From Balanoglossus misakiensis (lineage: Eukaryota > Animalia > Hemichordata): 64,000 nucleotides of DNA. The stretch covers positions 2,857,124 to 2,921,123 of the forward strand of contig CM082586.2 in assembly GCA_040954595.2 (NCBI GenBank). The letters run 5' to 3'. Numbering within the stretch: the first letter of the stretch is position 1; each line of letters starts with the position of its first letter. The position numbers and the translations under genes are program-made. This document shows, one piece after another, positions 27,447-38,729 of this stretch. The notes under the pieces were generated by a model. That model was not told the origin of the DNA, did no database searches, and saw only the letters and a program-made list of their open reading frames with translations.

Positions 27447-29316
27447 ATTTTGAGGAATGGACTTATGGCATATTTTAACCAAAGGATAACAAGAAGTGGA
27501 ACTTAGTTTGATAATTTGTGCCTACTTGGAGGAAGAAAACGCTTAAAATTATCTTTAAAAATAAAACTGTAGAACCAATTTCCTTGGATTTTTTTCCCTT
27601 TGAACTGTGATAGGACCCTAAACAGACCTGATTAGGATTGTGTGAAAGCTTCTGATATAAAACGTTGACTTAAAAAAACGATACGAAACTTGATTGAATG
27701 ACAAAAGACTTTGTTAAAATTCTGTGACTGTATTTTAGTGTCCTTGAGGGGCTGCATTTTAGCCTCTGTGCTAATTTCAAGCCATAGCTGGATTATTAAT
27801 AGTGTGCACTTTGGACAAACAATTGGTCAACCAACCTACATCAATGTATCTGTCTCTCATGATAGCACCAGCTCTCTTTAGACAAAAAAACAAAAACCTA
27901 CAAAATTCGAAATCCATCACCAAATGGGAATTTTTCTCGACCATTGGCTGGGAAGACTGGAGCAGTTTTCATCCGGTATCGAACGTCGCACGTGGACAGC
28001 CAGGAATTGCCTGAACACCATGGAATTTTCACCGCCGAGGGCTCTGGCAAGGGAAATAAACTTGTGTGCTTGTCAAGCTTTGGGAATTGAAGGAGTTTTT
28101 GCATATACTCAACACTTGAAAAAAGACACTAAAAAATGACCTGTCGGTGATGAAACAATAGGAACCAAGTTAGGTCGAACTTGCCTAACCGTGTGGGCAG
28201 GTTCAACTGCCTAACTGAATGGTTAGGTCTGACTTGCCTAACTGAAGTGATCTTTGTATGTGCATTGCCTAAACCACCTTGAGACATTGAAAAAGACTAA
28301 AAAAACTTCACATTGTGGGCGGCTGTGAGGGCAGTGTCTCCCTTCTTCAATGCACCTGTGGAGACCGGGAATGACCCTGAAGTCAGATGAGCGATGAAAT
28401 TAATTATACACACGGATTTGGATTTCCTTGGAAGTTGCCAGCGAGCACAAACAAGACTATTGCTTGAGGAAAACTGGTGTTTAACGAGCTCACAAACTTG
28501 AAAAACTTGCTCTTTTGCCCTTTCCGGGCGCAAAAGAAAACAAAACAATCCAAACGAATAGATAACACATTTACATATAAATGAAAAGACTTGATACCCG
28601 GGAGAATGCTTCATTCAACATAGACTACTGGTTATGATTTTCCTCACGAAAATAATTTTAATGTTTAGTAAAATTGCTTTGAATATGCTGAGATTGGCCC
28701 GTTGATAATGAATTGAAAGAATTGTTGAAATGAAATATTGTGATGAAGACAATTTATTGCTGAATCTCTGAACAAAAGAACGTTATACCAGTGGTGTTTA
28801 AAAATCAACATTTACCACTTCCCTCGTTATGTGAGATGTCTTTAATTGTCTGATTAATTATCTTTCTTGTGTCGAAAATGACCGTATATCCCCAGATCCC
28901 TCAACCGAATGGGCTTATCTGTTTAATTGATCTATATATTTTTTTTGTCCAGCCATGTCAGGTTCCATTGCATCATATACTCAATTTAGTTGAAATAAAT
29001 TGCAAATTGAGCTGCAACCTGTGCCTGTGTCACTGTTTTTTTTTATATTCTTTAGTATATTCCCTTCTTTCTCTTCACCTCCCAAATGAAAGATACGCTG
29101 TAGGTGTATTTTATAATTAGGGATCAAGATAATTTTTAAATGGGATGAGTAGAAGTATTTGATGAGAAGTATGAAACCCAGAATTGCATTGAAAAGTTCA
29201 TTGATCCGATGAGGGCGTACCATTCATGTCAAAGTTCATTTCGAAATAGCCCAACCCATGCAGATATATTCAAGTGCCCCATTTTAGAGAGCTTAGGCCA
29301 CACGTTTACGTCGAAA

Positions 29317-31234
29317 ATGGCCAATATTGTTGTCGAACTGTTCGTGTTTTTTGTGCAGAGTCTGTGGTATTGTTGCGGAGCGTTCGTCTTAATGTTGATG
29401 CCGTTTTTGAAGACCCGAAAAGATGTTTCAGGCGAGATAGTTCTGGTCACAGGGGCTGCAAATGGTATTGGGCGTCTGATGGCCCTGAGATTTGCTAAGC
29501 TTGGCTCTGTTCTAGTTTTGTGGGACATTGACTCCGACAACAACGAAGTCACTGAGAACGAGATTCGAGAGATGGGAGTTAAGGTTTTCGCATACAAAGT
29601 AGACTGCAGCAGTCGAGATGATGTGTATAGAAATGCAGAAATCGTCAAGGAAGAAGTTGGCGATGTCTCGATATTGGTTAACAACGCTGGTATCGCTACC
29701 GGGAAGAAGTTTTTACAGTGCCCCGATAACCTCATCGAAAAAACGATGCAAGTCAACATCATGGCTCACTTTTGGGTATGGATCGTACGAGAACTTAGCT
29801 TGCTGGTGGCTTCAATAATTGTAGCCTTGGTGGGCTGGTTGGTTGGGTGGGTTGGTGGGTGGATGGCCCAGCAGCTTGTTGGCTAAATGATCTTTACTGG
29901 CAAGAGACTTCGATTGCTGTGACATTGACTGATACAGGTGGCGGTGGACTACATTGCATTGCTGTAAAGCCAATGTGTGTGTGATCGGAAAGGTGTGTGT
30001 GGTGCTTGTAAAGCGAGATTGATTGGACCTACAAAGCAAAAAACGCGTTGGAAAAAAACATGCAAAAGAACATTAACCCAGTGGCATGATACATGGAAGT
30101 TAATGATTTATATATAATTGGTCGGTCCAATGGACTTGTAAATACACAGATCACCAACACATGAACATGATACCAACACTAAACAGCAGTTTTCAGAATG
30201 TAAACTGAGTGAAATCTTCCAAAAGGAAACGTGTAACCTTGGCTACGTGGGCCAAGCGTGAGATATGAAACTTGGGTACCCGAGAGAGCTATGTACAATG
30301 AGTGTGCTCAATAATTCTTTTATACTTTTCTAGACAGTAAAAGCTTTCCTGCCAGCCATGATCAACCGCAACCACGGCCATATTGTGAGCATCACAAGCT
30401 GCGCTGGACTCGTTGGAGTGACTGGTATGACCGACTTCTGTGCCAGCAAGTTTGCAGCGGTTGGATTTGACGAATCGTTGAGATACGAACTGGATGCGAT
30501 GGGGGTGGATGGTGTGCATACAACTGTGGTGTGTCCATTTTTCATTGACACGGAATTGTCTGAAGGAATTAAGTAAGTTTCCTACCATCACCACCACCAC
30601 CACATCCACCACCACCACCACTCCCACTCCCACCACCACCACCACCACCACCAACAACAACAACAAAAACAACACTACATGCAGTTTTTGAATTTGGGAG
30701 TGACTCACATATCACCCCAGCCTTATAAGATAAATGTTACCACTGTGACTTCAAGGTTTCCAATCCCCCTCTTTTTTACAGCTTGCCATGGTTTGTGAAC
30801 GCATTGAAACCAGAGTACTGCGTTGATAAAATCATAGATGCTGTCAGAACCAATCAAGCTATATTGTACTTGCCCAGGCTTATCATATATGGCGTGTTAG
30901 CGTCCAAGGCGTAAGTACATTTAGCCTAAGGTGGTCAATTCCCTAATGTTTTTTCACATTGCTCAATGCACCCTAAAACAGGGAGCTACTTCAGTTCAGT
31001 TCGTTCTTCTGAGATTTGCATAATCTGGCAAACCACACCCCACGTGTCCATCTATAGAAGGGGCTTTGATATTTGCTGTATGCTGCTAGCATGTCTTCAA
31101 ACTCAAATGTGTTCCCGTCTCTTGTTTGCATTCCCAGTTTGCTCCCTGTGAAAGTACAGAAAGGGATCGCGAGAATAAGTGGTGCCAACCAGTTTATGGA
31201 TAATTACGTTGGAAGACAGAAGAAGAACTTCTAA
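29317..31234 (+). CDS. SDR16C-family short-chain dehydrogenase (epidermal retinol dehydrogenase 2/RDH10/HSD17B11-like), copy A, 307 aa, catalytic Tyr->Phe
   Basis: Exons 29317-29775, 30334-30572, 30782-30910 and 31138-31234 are all in phase. N-terminal hydrophobic anchor, TGAANGIG, VLWD, NNAG and GHIVSITS are present. The active-site motif reads DFCASKF. C-terminus is KKNF*. Confidence 0.9.
30584..30676. repeat. (ACC)n/(AAC)n trinucleotide microsatellite in SDR copy A intron 2
   Basis: accaccaccacc...aacaacaac run, absent from the equivalent intron of copy B. Confidence 0.9.
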
Positions 31235-31721
31235 GAATTGGTGAAGACTCAACCCACATGAACCAATGAATATGTTTATTGGTGCCTCTTACTTCAAGTT
31301 TCAGTATTCCTAAAGAACAGAGCTTCGGTCTTTGTACAATGTGCTATATGCCCAACCTGCAGATCAAGTACGTAGGTGCAAAAGAGCTGGAAATGATTTT
31401 AACTTTGAATAATGTAATCGTGCAAACAGACAATAAAAGGGGGGAAAGTACAGTATCCGTGTTGTTGTTTTATTGAGTATATACTTAACTCTTCATTAGG
31501 GGTCAAGTTAGCTTAAATGTTTGTAGCGGGTGCCGCTAGGTTGACTGGTGTGTTCGCCGATGTTTTTAAAACTTTGTCCGCCATTATGTTTGGTGAAAAG
31601 TTGATTGGTTCGGTAGAGGGCGCATTGTGCATGTCAAAGTTCATCTCTATAGATTCAGTTTTATGCACGTAGATATGTCCATTTATTTTTAGCTAGATTT
31701 GGCCACACGTTTACGTCGAAA

Positions 31722-33079
31722 ATGGCAAATATTGTTGTCGAACTGTTCGTGTTTTTTGTGCATAGTCTGTGGTATTGTTGCGAAGCGTTCGTCTTAATGT
31801 TGATGCCGTTTCTGAAGACGCGAAAAGATGTGTCCGGCGAGATTGTTTTGGTCACTGGGGCTGGCAGCGGGCTTGGGCGTCTGATGGCTCTGAGGTTTGC
31901 TAAGCTTGGCTCTGTTCTAGTTTTGTGGGACATCGACTCTGACAACAACGAAGTCACTGAGAACGAGATTCGAGAGATGGGAGTTAAGGTTTTCGCATAC
32001 AAAGTAGACTGCAGCAGCCGAGATGATGTGTATAGAATCGCAGAAATCGTCAAGGAGGAAGTTGGCGATGTCTCAATATTGGTTAACAACGCTGGTATCG
32101 TTACCGGGAAGAAGTTTTTACAGTGCCCCGATAATCTCATCGAAAAGACGATGCAAGTCAACGTCATGGCTCACTTCTGGGTATGGATCGTACGAGAATA
32201 ATCTTTACTTGCAAGAGATTTCGATAGCTTTGATATTGACTGATACGACCGAGACAAATGGATACTTGAGAGAGCGCCCTCCGGTGGCAAATATATCAAA
32301 CCTTTTGTGTTATCCGCGCATATTATGTGTGTGCTAAAAAATCATGTTTTATTTTTTCAGACAGTAAAAGCTTTCCTACCAGCCATGATCACCCACAACC
32401 ATGGCCATATTGTGAGCATTGCCAGCTCTGCTGGTCTTATTGGAGTGACTGGTTTGGCTGACTACTGTGCCAGCAAGTTTGCAGCAGTTGGTTTTGACGA
32501 ATCGATGAGATACGAACTGGATGCGATGGGGATGGATGGTGTGCACACAACTGTTGTGTGTCCATTTTTCATTGACACAGGGATGTTTGAAGGAGTCTCC
32601 TTCAAGTAAGTTTCCTATTTCTACTCCATGTACTTGTTCATGTGAATGTGGGATTTCCACTTGAAATGGGTGTGAGCAGGGGTAGAAGCTTGTCAATGTT
32701 GTGACTCCAAAGTTTTCAATGTTTTTCCTTTTTTTACAGATTGCCATGGTTACTGAAAGCATTACAACCAGAGTACTGTGCTGATAAAATACTAGATGCT
32801 ATCAGAACCAATCAAGCTATCTTGTACTTGCCAAGACTTTTGTATGTCTTGTTAGCAACCAAGGGGTAGGTGCAAACTTAGTCATTTTCATTCATCCTTT
32901 TGCCTTTTGTACATTGCTGTATGCTGCTAGCTTGCCGTGTCCCCACTCTCAAATGTGTTACCGTCTTTTTTTTCATTCCCAGATTTCTTCCGGTGAAAGT
33001 ACAGAAAGAGATCATGAGAGTGTGTGGTGTCAACCAGTCAATGGATTATTTCGTTGGAAGACAGAAGAAGAACTTTTAA
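31722..33079 (+). CDS. SDR16C-family short-chain dehydrogenase (SDR16C5/RDH10-like), copy B, 308 aa, canonical active site
   Basis: Exons 31722-32180, 32361-32605, 32740-32865 and 32983-33079 are in phase. Motifs [30 protein letters not shown] and [10 protein letters not shown] are present. C-terminus is KKNF*. AATAAA at 33165-33170. Confidence 0.93.
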
Positions 33080-33164
33080 GAATAGTGGTGAAACCATAGT
33101 CCAGTATCTAGCCATGTTTTGTCCATTTTGCTCAAAACTACCAGCTTATCCACACTACTGGCCC

Positions 33165-33170
33165 AATAAA
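33165..33170 (+). terminator. Polyadenylation signal of SDR copy B
   Basis: AATAAA 86 nt after the stop codon. Confidence 0.5.
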
Positions 33171-33419
33171 ACTTTGCTGGGAATTTTGATATAATTAGCG
33201 TCCCCTTGAAGCCAATCATCAACTTTGTTTTTCCAATGACTTTTAGAAACTTCATGTATGTGCTGAGTAGGTTTCAAATAAAAATAAATATTTAAACATC
33301 CGCACTTTGTATTGTATGTACATGTATGTATACACGATGTATCTTTCAGCTTTTACGCTGTCATATGCTTCAATGCACTTTTTGACGATTGCAAGCACTC
33401 AACACGAACCAAACATTGT

Positions 33420-33785
33420 CGCACGTGCGTGTGTATTAACGGAGAACCATGGGGTTAAAAGTTGAAAGAAATGGCGGGAAATATCCGACATTGCGTCTAC
33501 TTCTAGAGATCACTCCGAACGTCCGTCACTTTTCGCCCCGGAATATGAACGCAGTGTTCGCAAAGTCATATAAATATTATCAATTTATCCAGCAAACAGT
33601 TCTGAATTTGAAAATGCTTATCATAGTTTTCATGTCACGTGGTATTAAAAAATGGGAATGCCACCAACATGACGTAATGTCTTGGCTGAAGCACATGGCA
33701 CCCATCATGCTTTGCGCTAACAAAATGTCGATCTCCAGGAAGGAACTGAATTTGTATTTTGTCTGAAGCATCCGTTATCATCTCG
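33420..33785 (+). promoter_or_regulatory. Candidate Pumilio promoter and non-coding first exon
   Basis: E-boxes (GCACGTGC at 33421, TCACGTGG at ~33635), YY1-like AAATGGCGG at ~33469 and TGACGTAA at ~33670. A strong donor CG|GTAAGT at 33785 precedes the acceptor at 34130, just upstream of the ATG. Confidence 0.5.
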
Positions 33786-34136
33786 GTAAGTACCTGTTTT
33801 AAGTGAATATAATTCAGCAGTAGAAAAAAGATAAACATTCCATCTCACAATTCCCAGAGTTTGAAGAAGTTTTGTTTACCAGTGTGGAAGATACGACTCT
33901 TCAAACGAGGGGTACTACAGGTGACCTTTCGTCGGAGAATGGTGGCGTCGATTGAGTCCGTGGTGTATGCAGTCACGTTACCCGCCCAAGCACAGACGAC
34001 GTCGACGCGTGATGTAGAGATGCTCGCGTATGTTTTACATTGCAAGGTGCAGTTCCTGTGTTCGCATCACATATATAGTCTCATAGAAGCCTGAATTAGA
34101 CCACATTTTCGTTTGTTTTTGTCGCAGCAGACTGGA

Positions 34137-37100
34137 ATGAGATATACATGCATAGAACCAGCAGTCACAACAAACAGTATGCACGAAGTCGCATGGAATG
34201 ACTCCCATATTATGCAGAGCACAAATAACCAGCCGCAGCAACACGGCCATCACCCCCACACCCACCACAGATCTCAAGATGATGCGATGGTTGGATATTT
34301 CTTCCAACGCCAGCACAGTGAGGGTGAAGCCGGAATAGGGGGTCATTACAAGCAGCGATGGGCCGCCGGGGACGACAGCACAATCGATCAGGTAAGAAGC
34401 ATTCCCTACAGCCAGGCAAACTGTAGATTTTTCACCGTGTATATATATTACAGCGTCGCGTTCGGGTGTGGTTTCAAACACTACCCCAGATTTCATTTTC
34501 CCCTGCGCGGAAATGTAGCAATATGTACACGTAGCGTATGTTTGTTTTGTGCGATATTGTGATTTCTTTTGGCACAGGAAGAGAAACGCAACCTGTATTT
34601 ACTTTACGCAGGGTTCACCGAACAATGGGTAGACTTTGTTATTGTTCTGTTGTTGAATTATGGACTTGCTGGATTGACACCAATAGGCCTATGATGACTC
34701 ATGTGTAGCGAATTACCCGATGGAAGTGGAAGATACGAGAATGGGATCTTGTCTTTTAAGATTTTTGTCAGTTTTGGCTCAAAATGTGATGCATCATGAT
34801 TTAATCGGGCATACTTTCAAGAGTGAAAAAAGAATGCCAATGTATAGCCAGGCTATCAGTGGGTGCAGAGGTCATTTTCAAATGTCAACAGTTGGGGGTC
34901 CTTTCTGCCAGTAGCTTTTCTTTCAACTGATTTCTGTTGGGGTAAAGGTTGTAAAACCCTGTATTTCTGCTCTGCTCCTATTGTGAGGTGGTCTGTCAGT
35001 TGGGGGGGGGGGGGGGGGGGGGGGCTTCTCCTGAATGGAGAGGCCTTGTGTTAGACCAGGCTTCATTTTTTATGCTGCTTGGCAGTCATTGGCACCTGTC
35101 TTATGCGGCACTTTAAGGTCTGTGAAGTGTGAACCAAAAGGCCAAAAAGAGCAGACGACAGTTCCGGTTAGAGTAACTTTCCCGACTGCATCTTGTAAAG
35201 GGGTGAAATATATCCAGAGAAGCTCGGCCTTTGTGTGTGTGTGGTTTAGGTCAAGGCTTGGCTCGGCCATTTTGAGAGGCTGACAGTATGCTAATATCCG
35301 TGGCAGACAAAGAACACACATGAATAGGGAGACAATAGACTGATTATACTGAGTGGTGTTACAGATACCAAAATTGTTGGCAATAAATGTTGATTTAGAT
35401 ATTAGGAATATCTTGTGCAGGAAGCACGTCAACACATCAACGTATACGACAGGAATGTAGTAATTATATATATATGAATTGGGTCAGCGTTAATATACCG
35501 GGCAGTTTGAAGGGTTGGTTGCCGCATGTTTAGTGGAAGTTGTTGAAAGGTTTTTGCTGTGGAGCACTTACAGGCCATTTCCTGCACAGCTTCTATTTCA
35601 CTGTTTAGGTCCTCGATGATTTGCATGACAGTATTATTATTTTGTTGTCTTTTACACCATAGTTATAGTTTTGATGGTTGAATAATCTGTAAACTATAGT
35701 ATTCTATTGTCTAACTTGTGTACCGGTAGAGCGGTAAAAACTCACTACAGCAACAGATGGAAATATCCTGATGGTTCATTTGTTGTCACAAGCTTATTAT
35801 GCATGCATTGGAGTCTAATGTCCCAGTGTGAAGACTTTGCAATTATTACTAGTGTTAATAAGTTAATGAAGTTACTCGTGAGCTCTGCTAAAACTGGATA
35901 AGCAAGTTTCTTTTTGCATAACTAAGGTTATATATATATGAACATAAACACAAGGTCAAACACTGAGTAAAAGGGCTGCTTGCTAATAAAAAAATTAAAT
36001 ATTCAGGTCAGGGTCCCCTAATTTAAAGTAAAAGAATGCAGTATTGTAAAACTGATATCAATGTTGTACGTACAATGAGCTGGGTAATCATAAAAATATA
36101 AACATGCGACATCGGGGACTGATCGGGGAAATTTTATCGCTGTTTATCCTCATTTGATCTTGCTGACTAGATAGGATTTATTAAGGTGTCTGATTATTAT
36201 CATGATATATACATGTTGTTCATAATATCAACTTATTCATGATATTACTGATATTCAAATGACAGTATCCGTAAGTAATATTGCAGTTAACAAGTTTTAT
36301 AAATGACAGGTGGTAGAATTAGTTTTTGCTGATAGTGTTTGGTGATGTGATGTAATAGCAACATTTTAAACCTGTTCACATCTGATATATCTGCCTTCTA
36401 CTGTCTATGGTTTAATAATAAATTAGTGATACAGTTCCCAATTGCCATTTTATAAGAAAGTGAAACGAAAAAGGAAGTGTTTGTTGGTTAAGGATGTGAC
36501 CTTAAAATTGGAATGTTAAATATTTTTTTCGATTGAGTGAATACAGTGGCCTTTGTTCTCTAAGGCCAGTGACTTGTTTGATTACGACTGGAAACGACGC
36601 TAATGGGGAAACGAACAAATTGAGGCCGAATATGTTGATTTTGTCCTCAAAGGCACGTATAATGGATACTCAAAAACGTGCCCCGACAGATTCATCACAA
36701 CAAATGTGTTCTTGAAAAAAAAACGTAAACAACATGTTATGACAAGACATGTCCACCATGCTGTCTGTGTTGATACCACAGTTTCAGTTCCTTCCCGTGA
36801 AATTGCTCCAAAATGTGGTAAGTTTTCAGTCTGGGGGAGAATATTTCTCCGCCAAACATCACAGCAGTACCTCTTTGTCCTTTGTCTGCTTTGATTTCCC
36901 ATGGTGCACTGCAGCAGCCAGCATTGGGGGGATCTCTCTGCTTGTTGAATGCAGGCACTGCAAGGGTCGGGTGTGATTTGCATGTATTGCGCATTTTCAT
37001 GTCTGTGTTCAAAAATGCTCCAGATTTCCAGGTTTATAGTATAATGAGGTTGATATGCCTGTCTGTTTTATGCAATGTGGGTCTGAGATTAGAGAAAAAA

Positions 37101-38697
37101 TTGGGTCAATTTGATAACTGAAAATTGCCTCATTTCCTGTCCAATAAAAATGTTGCTCAGTTTTCAGGATAAAAGAACATTAATTGCTGACAGTTATGGA
37201 GAGATTAGGACAAGCAATAAACTGTCTAAATGAAGTGGTTATAGTTATATGTAGATACAGTTTTCTCAAGTGGTTGCATAAAACAAACTGGTCAGTTTTG
37301 CAAGCAAGTGTTCGTGTTTTTGGCCATTATCGAGCCAGTGACAGTTACTGTCCATGATAAACTGTCCCTGGTTTTTGTGAGTGCCACATTAGCCTGTATT
37401 GTGAGAGCATGTGCTCCCCATTTTGCTAATTTCATGTCTTCATTGTCAATGTGTTTGAAATCAAGAGGGCCTTGTCTGAGATTTGTTGAATGCACGGCGG
37501 TCGAGTTTCAAGAACTTGGTTATGTAACCAAAGAAGTGGTCACCAATTGTGTACATGTGGCACTTTCTTGAAGACGCCTGTGCATCTAATTTAGTTTTCT
37601 TGAAAGTGGGTCATTGCTTTGAGACAGAATGTATGTAGTTTACCAGGTTACTTCTGAGCTCGAATGGTCAATATACCACTCTTTGTTCTTAAAAATCACC
37701 ACACTTAGACTGGTTTCTTTTCAAGGCCATCTACGAAGGCGACCAGATTGGGGGAAAATAAAACCATTATGTAATCATGTGGCAAGATATTTTACAAAGC
37801 CCTGGATTTGGGTGTAATTCTAATTTATATTCAAAGATGTGCAAAGGGCTTCCTTTGTTTTTGTTTTCTCTCATATGTACGTTTCCTGATCTGATTGGAA
37901 AAGATAAGTGGACATAGTAGGAATTGATGACTTCTAAGTTATAGGAAAGAAAAACAAGATGGCAGCCATATTCATGTGAACCCAGATTTTTTACTGCCGA
38001 GTAAATTTTACTTGAAGTTGGAATAATAGGTTTATTTAACGTTTTGGGTCATTTATGTGAAGCTGGTCTTAATGATTCTTAGAATGTCAGTCTTAAATTT
38101 ATTTGTGCGATTGCAGAGTCTGGCTGTTGTATTGCTTGCAGCTAATGTTTGCTGATGACAGAGAGTTGACTGATTGCAGAGTCCAGTCTGTGACAATAGT
38201 TCAAGGTCTTTTGTCTGGACTGGTCACGCTTGCTTTTTTTCCATCATGGAAATTCTATTTTTACTCGAAACTTAACACAAGTCCTCGTATTTTCAACGAG
38301 TTGCTATAATTACGGCAGGTTTTGAGAGAAATCAAGTATCTTGGGGCAGGTCACAGAAAATGCTATTTATTGCTTTCCATGCATATTTGCATTATATCAA
38401 TATAGTGTACGTCAGGGATTGCGCTAGGCCTCAAAATCTTGGGGTCCCTGGGACCCCTTCCTTGTGAAAATCAGGGGTCCCTAAATATTTTTGTGGGTCC
38501 CCATTTTTTCAATATATTATAACACATACGTACTCGCCACACACTTACTGGCGAAGTCAACATCACAATTTAAGTGTATTTCCACATTTATTTTCATTTT
38601 CTATGAACGTTTCATTTTTTATTATAAAGTAATTTCCTTCTGGCTTTCTGTTCATTGAAGTTTGACATAGCTTGAGAAAAAGATTTTGCCAATCAAT

Positions 38698-38729
<32 letters not shown>

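Noticed and set aside
29209-29316. 36 aa N-terminal extension of SDR copy A in the ORF track
   Set aside because: Copy B starts at the equivalent of 29317 with a good AAAATGG context, and the extension overlaps the conserved promoter-like footprint.
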